Positions 53,527 through 64,000 of a stretch of DNA of 64,000 nt are shown here, piece by piece (the stretch's first letter is position 1; every line of letters begins with the position of its first letter). The translations under genes were made by a program, and so were the position numbers. The DNA is taken from NCBI GenBank assembly GCA_000934665.2, contig KZ538061.1, positions 62,001-126,000 on the forward strand, given 5' to 3'. The notes under the pieces were generated by a model. The model ran no database searches and was not told the origin of the DNA. It worked only from the letters and a program-made list of their open reading frames with translations. The stretch comes from Catajapyx aquilonaris (Eukaryota).

Positions 53527-56500
53527 GGCTCCTCTGCTGTATTTTAGATGACCTATAACACCCTCTACCACCAGCACACGATCGGAGCTACTTTTGGATG
53601 GTTCCTTCCGGTGGGCCTTTTTTAGTCCAGGTGAATCAAGGAGACGAAACCAGGCACCCTTTTATATCTTGGGACCAACCCTCGACCTTGGAAGTCTGGG
53701 TTCCCGAGATAGTCTTTAAATTCCAAGCATCAACCCCAACCAACCCAGGGTGGGTAATTAATTGCCCAAACTGAAATAAATGATCCTTGGCATCTGATGC
53801 ACGTGCTCACCATGGGGTATAGACAGGGTCCTTAATAGCACTTAGCTCCTGTCATATACTCTGGGTCCATCTCAGGTGATTTCTCACCCACCTGTTACCC
53901 ACGTGCTCTGTTCTCATTCCTCCCACCACTAATTCTATTCAACGACCGATTTTCAAGCCACGCAAGGCTTTGGGAATACTTAACATGGGCACTAGAATAT
54001 TCTGTATGAACTGAACTTGATTATTAAATTTGAGTCCTATGTGCATTATCATAATAAGAGCAATATTGTAGTAATTTTTAAAATTTCTGCATGCTTTGTC
54101 TTACACGCGTGTCACCTCTTCTCCGAGCTAGTCAGCATATTTTGCCTTCGTACAGTACAAGTGTACATGGCGGCCAATTTCCAGGTGCACTGAGGTATGC
54201 TTCGCTGGTTGTCTAGTAGGTGGCAGCATCATTCACTGCGGATGTCTTGAAATTGCAATATGATAGCAAAATGTGCAAGAACTTGAGTAACTCACGCTTC
54301 CAGTAACTCCGTTAATATTATAATGACGCATAATTTTGTAACACTTCAATGTGATTATCAAACTAGCTTATTATAATCCTTTTGCATGTGAATATTTTCA
54401 TGAGGCAGGTCGCAGGTACAGGCATATTTGTGTAGATGTCACTTCATGCTGATAATAGTGAGCTGAAAATTGTGAGAAATAAAAATGGTTTTTAAACTGT
54501 TATTTCAAACGGAGAGTTCTCGTATTAGTAGCATGCTATAAAATGTTCAAGCGAGCTACCACATGCCCTTTATTTTATGGCTGTTGCGATTATTATATCA
54601 GAAAATAGCTTAAAGTAATCGTGATTAAAAGGAGGAAATAGTAATTAAGCCTAATGCCTTTAGATATGCTTGACTTGTACAGTAATGTGTTCATCATGAA
54701 GAACGGGTTCCACTGCTACTAAATATGTGCAAACTTTCTCCTTTATTAATAGAGAGGTGTTCATCATGGTGTGGGCTTTATTTTTACATAATAAGAAATA
54801 CGATAGGTGTACAGCAAGGTCCGCATCAGCTGCCCAAGAGATTGTTTAATTTCACTCCAAATATTTTCTTGATCATAATTATTAGTTGAACGTTGCACTC
54901 AATATCATCAGTTGCTTACAACATCAAACATATATCATTCCCTCTCCGTGCATCAAACCAGCACTCCAGATGATCATCCATGGTCATGTGCGACGGCGAG
55001 GAGTCCTTATCTTAGTATTACTTGCGGTTTCATTAGTCATCGCTGTCCTTGAAAGAAAATGTCCTGATGTAATGAATGACTTATTTTAAAGTTTTTATAG
55101 CTTGATTTTATAGTGATTGGTAAAAATTATAATATTCAAAATTATTACGATATGTTTTTAAGAAAGAGAAACTACAGGAGTGCAAAAATTATGGGCGCGT
55201 GCGTACCATTTTTACAAGATATAATCTTAATTGAAATGAATATGTGCTTTATTATGAGTTTATGACTGTGTTTAAAATTAAGCCAAGAAATGAAATAGTA
55301 TTGTAGTGAATTTCTGGGATCTCATCAGGAAATGCTTGTACGTTATGGGTTTTGATTTCATGTTACGTATGTTTGTATAAGTTTTCAGTGCAATACCTCT
55401 ATATGATCAAAGTCTAGGAATGTAACGTGTGCACCGCTATAGTCAATAATAATGCCGTGTTTAAGCGTGAGAGGCCGCCTTTTCTTGACGAGAAAGTAAA
55501 ATTTTAATATGCCTAATCTAAGAGTCATCTAAGTTAGTCATGGAATTGTGTAATATCAAATCCTTCGGTCAGGGTACCTAGAATCCCTCCACATAAAAAT
55601 GGGCTAAACAATATGAATGCTAATTGCAATCAATCACATTTGCCTCACAATGGAGTTCTCATTTCGACCTTTATTATGTTACAGTGTATTGGCCTGTTAC
55701 ACAACAGGGGAGAGTAATGTAAAGACTAATGATTATTAAATTATTGTTGTTATATCAAGCAGACGTATAAATTACTGGAGTAATTAATTATGAACCAGAT
55801 GTAATATTTGGAAGGCCATTAATGCACAATGGTTTTGAGTGGAAAATCTCTCATAAAGACAACGGAAAGGCACTTTTCCTTGCACATATGCAACCCTTCA
55901 CACTCATCCCAATGGAAAGCTGTATCCTAGAACGTATGTAACCGTTCTGGCATTAAACCTAACCTGTTTTGAGCGTGGTAATAACTGTTTTAAAATGTTT
56001 TATCAACTCTAATAATTATTTTCACTGATCTGTAGCGTGTAACTTAAGGTGTAACTGCTCATTGCTCTATGAAAATGAAATACTACTTACAATATAAAAA
56101 AATTCGTACACAGTTCAAAGAATTCAATTATTCTGCCAACACATATACGTGGTCATACCTGGTCACACGTTTTGGCTCACCTCTTCAACAAACCGGAGGT
56201 CAACTTTTTTGTGATGATTTTTCTGGTTTGGTTTACACGTGTCCGTTGTACAGGATATACTAGATTCCAATGTCTCGTAACCGGTAAAAATGACGCAATT
56301 TCTATGCCTTCTGCATTCTCAATTCCGGAATTTACTTATCTGGGAAGGTAGGCCATTTCTTAAAAGTCTTCTCGAGTTCATTCTTACACACTTACCTGTT
56401 ACGAGGTCAATGCCAAGGATATTACACTTTTTTTTTACCTGTCAGCTCAGGGTCAAGGTAAGAAAGATGACGTCCACGTTATCCCAGTCTTCATCCTGAT

Positions 56501-56821
56501 TTATGGTACGGAGGCTACTAAACTCAAGTGCACTGAAATGAAACGGGTTAGGATTTACGCCTACTGTACTACCCTTTTTTTAAGGTCGGCTTTATTCACC
56601 CTCTTGTAAACCCCACAAAGTAAAACGCAGTACGTTACAAAAAACAGAGACTTTACTGGGGACGAATTTGGCAACAATATACAGGATTCTTCTAGTACGG
56701 TTCAAATCGCAACAGTAATATACACCTCTCTTGTTACCTTCCGGGTACAATAAATTATCTTTTGGATATCCGTGGAGGGCGGAATAAATTAGAGCCAGGG
56801 TTGCCATCAAGTATGGGTCCA

Positions 56822-57529
56822 TCACGTCTGACGCCACTTTTTGCCTCCACCGCCGTGACCGTGACCTCCGCCTCCCTTCTTGCCACCCTTTTTGTTGCCC
56901 TTGCCCTTGTTCTTCTTCTTGTTCTTCTTCCTCTTCTGCTTCTGGGCCTTCTTGCCGTAAACTCCCTTGTAGGTGTGTCCCTTCACGCCCCAGCCATATG
57001 GACCTTTGCTCTTGTGGCTGTACACCGGGTAGTGACCTCCTCCGCCACCGTGACCTCCGCCGCCGCCGCCGCCTCCGTACCTACAAATGCAGTCAGTAGC
57101 AAATTGCATTTGTTGCAAAAAAATCCATGCTCACTTACTTAACAACAATAGGACGCCACCACATCCAGTCGGCGGTGTCCAAATCTGTCTCCAACTCTTC
57201 CTTTTCGCCATCTCGCTGACCCCATGCTATCGTCGCCAGGACGATCAGCAAGGAGCCAAGGAGCTGTGTGAACAAATAATAAAAAAACAGCAAGTTAACA
57301 TCTGACCTAACTGGCAATTGACCAACTGTACCGTTACAGTTAGCACTCACTGCCAAATTTTTTTCGCAAAATTTAATTTTAAAAATAAATTGCGAGATAG
57401 GCAACAATTTAACACCAAACTACAAAAAATTAAGTCCACGCACTAATTTTTGCACGATGGTTTCCATAAATACACGCGCGATATCACTGTTCCTGCTTGT
57501 GGTCACCAACTTACCACCAGTCTCATCAT
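56822..57529 (-). CDS. Secreted Gly/Lys/His/Tyr cationic precursor, 132 aa, 3 exons (cluster gene 13)
   Basis: TATATATAA 57668-57676(-). Exon1 57515-57529 MMRLV|gtaagt, exon2 57139-57263 LLGSLLIVLATIAWG-QRDGEKEELETDLDTAD-WMWWRPIVV(K) ending phase 2, exon3 56822-57080 YG8HG5HYPVYSHKSKGPYGWGVKG...KQKRKKNKKKNKGKGNKKGGKKGGGGHGHGGGGKKWRQT*. Confidence 0.88.
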
Positions 57530-60500
57530 GTTTTCTCAGCTAGTCCTCCCCACAACCACTGGCCCAAATGGTAGTGTCCCCCACAACTGATGTAATCCCA
57601 CAAAGCTCCTCAGGTTCCCCGTTGGACACCGGAGGAGATACGCCGGCAACAGCCCCCAACAACAGCCTTATATATACCTTCCTCTTCACCCCCCGAGACA
57701 CGCCAAGAAACAAGAATCGCAGACTTGATAATTCATCTGAACGTGAGGCCGAGACTTCCGGAATTGGTGGAATGTTTCACGCGCGAATCTTTCCCATGAA
57801 CCGTTAATAAAACGCATGTAGGTGGGGATTACTAAAGGGGAGGGGTCCAATTCCTATCAATTTTTTAGGGGGGTCTTAGAGCAAGTCTAAAGGGCGCGAA
57901 GTTTAAGTCCCGCATATTGTTGAGGATATAGTTTTTTTTTTATGTCTTCGGCTCTTTTTTTCTCCACCCTCCCACCTCTTACATCGTTTTGACCTATTGG
58001 GTTCGTCGTCGTTCTGAAAAAAGAAGAAAAAAAAGGGCCAGCCAATGATGAGGTTGGATGTTTAGCGGGGTCGTGGAGTCTCCTGCAGGAAACCGCTTGC
58101 TTCCTGGAGTCAATGGCCTCAACTGTGGTGGTTGGTGCCTTCCAGATGCCAGCTGGCTGGATGGCCCAGACCTTGCTCCAAGGACCAATGCTCCCTGGGT
58201 TCATGTCCAGTCTCACCCTGTTTGCCTCCCCCGAAGACATCACACGAGCTGACCATTACGACGTGGAGGCCGCGCTGAGGTCATCCGCACCCACGCCACG
58301 TCTTGCGGCTTTTCCGACGCACAACTTGCGCCATTAGTGCGGCACTCTTTGTGAATCACGTGCGATGGGGCTTATTAGAGGGGGGAACGTAATAATTTGC
58401 AATCAACTGAGACTGTCAATTGCCATTTTTGATGGATGTCGTCAAACCAAAATGGTACATCCAGATGTGGGTGCAGCAATGTTTACAATGCATAATCCGA
58501 TGTAATAAGACAAAAACCGGTCTTTAGTACAGTAGTTGCTATTAACTTTGGTTTTAAGGTGACGACTGATCTTTAGTCGGGATCTTTGTTGCCATCAGCA
58601 TCAATTTGTAGAAGCAATGAAACTAGTTGGAATGACAAATATGGCAGGGTTTACTGCATGTTTAGCTACTAAGTAGCGTTGATCTCGTGACTTTAGATCA
58701 TAGAATAATATTAATGCTTTCCCGGATTTGTTGGCTTTCTTTTTCAAACCAAAGTCGTGCATGTCATCAAGGCTACCGGAATGACCCATTTCCAATGCCC
58801 TGAGGAGCAACATTAAGCTATTTTTTTGAATCCTTTTGCTACCTGAATCCGTTCAGCCTAAATAGTCTTCCAGCTACGATATAACCTGAAAAAGAGGCGA
58901 ACTTAGAATGATTACACTGATGCAGTTATTGTGATGTGCGTAGGGTTTTTTTAACTGTTTATTCGTTGAATAGCTCCATACATTTTTATTATCGAGTTTG
59001 ATTTTCAATCAATTCCTAGAATGCAAGTGCATCTCTGGGAATAAACTGGTTCAATAAAGGTTCAACTTCTTGAGGTTTTCATTTGGTGATGATGGTGTGT
59101 ATATAAAAGAGCAATCAGCAATCAAAATAGTTGTGCCTCAATTTCCAAAAACATCGGGATTGCCTCAATGATTGACTGATGTCTGATTAATTAAAGTACC
59201 AAAATTCACTTACATCCTTCATGCAAACTGTGATGATGGAAACACTAAACTACTGGTCATGAAATCTGAAGCCGAATTGAAAATAAAATCTCCTTACATT
59301 TGTTTAGTATGGAATAAGTTGAGAAGAGAGGACTTCGTACCTCTCTATTTTCATAAAAATTCAGCAAAAATTGCAAAAATGTTTGCACCACAAACAAAAA
59401 ACTACATCAACCATTCCATCGTGACAATGCTAAGAAACAACGAAACTCCATAATTTGACTGATAATACGCAACATTCCATCCTCCTGGAGCATGTCTGAT
59501 GTCATCCAATTCTCCCGCCGATAATGCATGACATCTTCCGTTTTTTTTCTGCCCTGCTGGGAAACCGGAGAAGAAGAAACCACACCTCGAAAATGATGCA
59601 TCCCCGAGGCTACCAAGCCTCATTAGAACCTCGCCATTGCAAGAGTTCAAGGCAGTAAAACTATGCATCCTCAGCGGTATTATCAAGCAATGCAGCAGGC
59701 AATGACTTTACAGCTTTTGACAACAGGAAATGCTGCCCCAATAGTTTTACGATGTCATATAGAATGTGTCACACTTTTTTTTTTTTACTATTTCGATTCC
59801 CTTTTCTAGGTATGGAAAATAACCTAAGACAATATAATTCATGAAAAAAAGGAGGAGCTATAATAGAAAATTCGTCCACTTTTCCTTCATACATGTATTC
59901 GGGGCAGCATGTCACTAGCTTACATTATGTCCTTTTCAGGAATAACAAAAGGAGGACTCTTTGATATCCGTTTTTCTACTGAAGCAGTAGCTGGAACCTT
60001 GACCGTTGTGCTGGACTGGTTCTTGGAACACACACAACAAACCGGATCCTCAAACACCACCGAGACTTGCACGTGCAGTGAATTGGGAATGGATTGGAAA
60101 AAATTCCGATACATGTTAACACCCGTTGAAAAGTGATGCCTTTCGTTAAGACCCGTCGTAAAACCCGGTTGTACTATCAGGTACAGGGCTTGAAACCTAA
60201 GCAATATCTGACCTCCGCATTACTTGGCACGAGGTCATCTGGAAGGCTAATACGGATCCATCCCACTTTTGTGATAAGCTCTTTTTTATTCTAACACCCA
60301 AAGTATTTCAGTAGGCTGCAGTTCCTGGAGAAATGTAGGTCCACGTCAAACACTCCTCTTAACCCAATTTTTGATCTCGTTACTGGTGCTGGAATGGTGT
60401 GAATTACCATGCTTTTTTTGATACAAATATGGAGTCTCCCTCGAAGCAACTTTTACTTTCGAGCTGGTGCCATGTGGATGCTAAAATTAGATACCGGCTC

Positions 60501-60642
60501 TGCAAGTTTACTTAGGGCTTGAAAGGGAAATGACAAAAGTAAAAGTCACTTGGTATATAAATGTTTATTCTTTCACATACAAAAAGTGTGGTTAGCGGCC
60601 AAAGAACGGATAGGGAAATCTGCAACAAAAATTGGTGTCGAA

Positions 60643-61638
60643 TTAGACTTTAAAAAATGTTTTCAAAACAGGATTTAGGTTGGGGAAAATATCAAGCTGA
60701 ACAAACCCTCCTCCGTAGATGCTGATACCAACAGGGAATATTAGAAATTCTGATTCTTGCATTGTTTCCTTTTCCTCCGCCGCAACTAATGCGACCAGAA
60801 GGCTCAGGCAGTAAAGAAGCTGCACAAGTATAAGTTAAATTACTTCAAATAATTTTTTTAAATGTAAATGTCGGAGTGTATGCACAGTATTTAACTTACG
60901 GCAATTGATGCTCTGCAGAGCCTGTCCATGGTTTGCTTCTGTTTTGATATATTTTGTCTCTCTCAGACCGCTTATATAGTCATTTGGAAGGCCAGATTTT
61001 TCGGGTTGTTTTTGGTTTTTGGAACCCAACTTTCGAAATATTGCGACATATACAAGCCTTGGTGCAATACTGAAATTGACTCAACTGATAAATGTTGTGA
61101 TGAGTCGGGTCCAAGACACATATTTGTGTTACTGGAGCAAAAATGAAACATTTATGCGTAATGAATATTTCATAGTAACCACTCCTTGGATATAGCGAGG
61201 AAACGCCACGCAGTCGCCGGAAAACACCTAACGTCACTTGCACCTGGAAAACCTGCTTTGTGGAATTTTTGGGCTGTATACAACCGTAGGCCTTGCTTAG
61301 GATGTTGGTAGCAAGTTTTTCTGGAATAAAAGTAGCTGTGATTTGCTGGGTCTTGAGAGACTTTTACTATCGCCATTTTCAAGTCTTGCATTGGAGAAGG
61401 CATGCAGGATGAGCTATAAAGACACCATCAACCTAACGTGATCACTGATCGTTCCACGTGCATATTTCAACACTGCGAATTAATTATGTCCACATTTTCA
61501 AATCGATTCTAATTTCCATAAACTGTTGCAATTAAATCTCACAAAACTATGATTTTTATTGCAGAAATTTTATTACTGTGGCAGAATATCAAGGGAGGTA
61601 CTTAGGCCTACCTCATGCAAACGAATTAATTTGGCCAT
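60643..61638 (-). CDS. Secreted acidic-pro / hydrophobic peptide precursor, ~67 aa (cluster gene 14); first coding exon tentative
   Basis: Exon 60643-60819 after ttgtgcag: LLYCLSLLVALVAA-EEKETMQESE-FLIFPVGISIYGGGFVQLDIFPNLNPVLKTFFKV*. AATAAA(-) ~60564. Candidate start exon 61612-61638 MAKLIRLHE|gtaggc. TATATAAA 62049-62056 with a donor at ~61927 suggests an extra 5'UTR exon. Confidence 0.7.
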
Positions 61639-62571
61639 ATTTGCTAAGTAGCGTTGACAGTGGAAAAGTGAATCTCGTTTAGGTCTGTACTGTCTGAATT
61701 TTATGTCAACAGACCAACCTACTTATTGAATACCGTTTTCAAAACAAGTTAGGCTAACGATACGTTGCTGACGTTTTGCAAAATACAAGTCAGGAAGTAG
61801 GCCCACCTGTCTGGAAACGAAGTAATAGGCCTACTCTACACTCCTCAATTATTTTTCACATCATTACGGCTAAATTCCCCATAATTATTTGGCAATTTTA
61901 AAATTTAAAAAAAAAACTGAAGCCCACCTTATATGGAGCCCTTGATGGTCTTGGCACCACACACAACCTTCTCAGCTGAATAGAATAACTGTGGTCATTT
62001 TTATAAAACTGGTAATGTATGGGCAAGTCCTTGTTACTTAGGCAGAGTTTTATATAAGTCGGGCCACAGTCGGGCCATGCATCTAACATGTCAAGAGCAC
62101 ACGACACAGGCACGTATTAAGTTCATTCTAAGGCCGTGAGAAAATTACTTTGTTTCTAAAGTGTCTGAACTATTACCACTTCGTGACCTCATTACGCCCA
62201 AAAGCTACCGTACTAGTAATGGGAGTCATGTGACCTTGTCAATGATGCCGTTAATTATAAATGTAATATGCCACACAGAACTCATGATACTGCCAATATT
62301 GATTTTAATCCTCCGAAACTAACATTAAAATTGTTCATTATTAAGGTACGTTTGAAAAGGTCGCTATTATGAAACGTCGTAAGAGTGAGGCCTTCTGAAT
62401 TGCGATTAATTAAACGAAATAAATCTATATCTAATATTCTATTTTAATGAATGCATAAATTCATTTTTAGTTTCTGTTATTGAATGCCATCTTTTTATGT
62501 GTCATATTTTAAGCCTGCATTTACTATTTTGACTTACGTTTCCTATACATTGTTGACCACACATTTTACAC

Positions 62572-62808
62572 CGACTTTATAATTGATATATTTAAGGAGG
62601 TTGGCCCAGCATTGCCTTCCAACCTCCAAGGATAGGGAAGGAAGGAAGCGGCTGTGGCCTATTATACGGAAGCAACCCCGGAATTATCCTAGAAAGACCG
62701 TGGAAAACCACAGAAAACCACGGTCAAGGTTGCCGGCCCCGGGATTCGAACCCAGGACCTCCCAATTAGCAGTCGGACGCCTTAGCCACTATGCCAACCT
62801 GCTTCGGT
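62572..62808 (-). mobile_element. tRNA-derived SINE with 12-bp target-site duplication
   Basis: Minus-strand head accgaagcaggtTGGCATAGTGGctaag...cctgGGTTCGAATCCcgg contains A and B boxes. It is flanked by the exact direct repeat cacattttacac at 62560-62571 and 62809-62820. Confidence 0.85.
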
Positions 62809-64000
62809 CACATTTTACACTGAGGGAAACATTGCTTTGTTTTTTTCGGTTTGGTTTTGAGAAGCAACACGAACCAAATGAACACTGGATTTTCAGAATG
62901 ATCAGAGGACCTTGTGGTCAAAATTGAGCCTTTCATCAGGTCAGTTATCTATAGAGAAATTCTAGTCTCCCATGGATAGTTATTTGAAAAGAATCGATCC
63001 CAATAGGAATTATGCAATTTCAAAATTCAAATGGGCTCACGTTGCTATTTAAAATAATTAGTTTATGTTGCAGTATTATGTACCATTATGCTATAGTTAG
63101 ATCGTTCTGCATTTTCAGTATTTAGTTGTGTCGCATCAAGTAATCTCTTATTGTAGATGGACCTGTAAGCAGGAGAAGTATGTCCGGGAACAAAAATAAG
63201 CAAATCTGTACGCCAACAATATTTTATTGGCAAAATCATGGCATGATGAACAGCAAGTGTAAACGTACAAGAAACGACAGCAATGAAATAAACAATGAAA
63301 GATTGCTTCTGCAAGCGTTACCACCACCATCCGCCATAGAATCCGGGGAACAGGCCGAATCCAAATCTGAAATCAGTGAAATGGGAGTAAGTCCCCGTCC
63401 TTCACCCTATGAGCCCCAGTCATTTTGATTATAAGTTATTTACCCCCATGGTCCCCAGAAGGTTTGCGACGTCTCCATTTCCTCCTTGTCCTGTTCCTTT
63501 GCAGGTGCTGCCATCGCTAAGCACACCACCAGAGCCACCAAAAGAAGAGGCTGCCCAACAATGCTATTTGGTTAACAACCTCAAGATTTATTTCTCAATT
63601 TTTAACTTACCAGGAAAGCCTTCATGTTGTAATATATTATAGTAAGTTCAAACTGACAGTGCCGAAGACTAGGACCAGGGTCAGACCACAGGGCCAGTTT
63701 TATATGGGTGGTCAAGGGTACATTTCACCCGAAACCAAAAACAACATTAAGTAGCTCTATAGTGAAAACAAGTTTTATCAGAAATGGCCCTCTTCTAATC
63801 CAAATATAGATTGGGAGAAATTGTTGTTTGTAAAGTTCCTGTCTAGAAGCAGGTGTAATTTAGGCATAATATTTTAATTGCGACCCTTACCGGCGATACG
63901 CTCAAGGAATTTGTCTAATTGCATTTTTGGCCAGATTCCCGTAAATAAAACATACCGGTTGGAGAGCGGATATTGTTAAAGTATATAACAGGAACGGTTT

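Noticed and set aside
54930..56500. Possible further minus-strand peptide gene (ATGAAGACT at ~56494, donors ~56438/56395, acceptor ~55049)
   Set aside because: The frame stops after 13 codons and no consistent spliced ORF with a signal peptide could be built. Possibly a pseudogene, unsupported.
58058..58337. GC-rich coding-looking stretch with short ORFs on both strands
   Set aside because: No recognisable motif, signal peptide or convincing exon boundaries.
1..64000. Prokaryotic features (CRISPR arrays, operons, rRNA) and genuine tRNA genes
   Set aside because: The sequence is clearly spliceosomal-intron eukaryotic DNA. No repeat-spacer arrays were seen, and the tRNA-like boxes belong to SINE heads.

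Overview
Eukaryotic, intron-rich DNA, probably arthropod judging by the Eip63E/CDK14-type and SLC35F5 protein motifs. The first ~25 kb holds two head-to-head housekeeping genes: the first two coding exons of a PFTAIRE/CDK14 (Eip63E-like) kinase on the minus strand, and a complete 10-exon SLC35F5 transporter on the plus strand. From 26 to 62 kb lies a dense cluster of at least 14 small secreted-precursor genes (4 on +, then 10 on -), which the ORF track shows only as fragments because they are spliced. All share one architecture: a TATA box or TATA-like element, a 3-9 codon first coding exon, and a phase-0 intron inside the signal peptide. Most then have a short, often acidic pro-segment ending in a DLxxA-like motif or RVRR, followed by a low-complexity mature domain. 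Mature domains include Gly/Lys/Trp/His cationic, Tyr-rich, Pro/Gly-rich, amidated, disulfide-loop and hydrophobic types. I interpret this as an uncharacterised, rapidly diversifying secretory-peptide locus (defence peptides and/or components of a cross-linkable glue, cuticle or eggshell). That function is inference only. Several MITEs (one Kolobok-type with a TTAA target duplication), hairpin elements and tRNA-derived SINEs are also visible. All gene models were spliced by eye and no database search was run.
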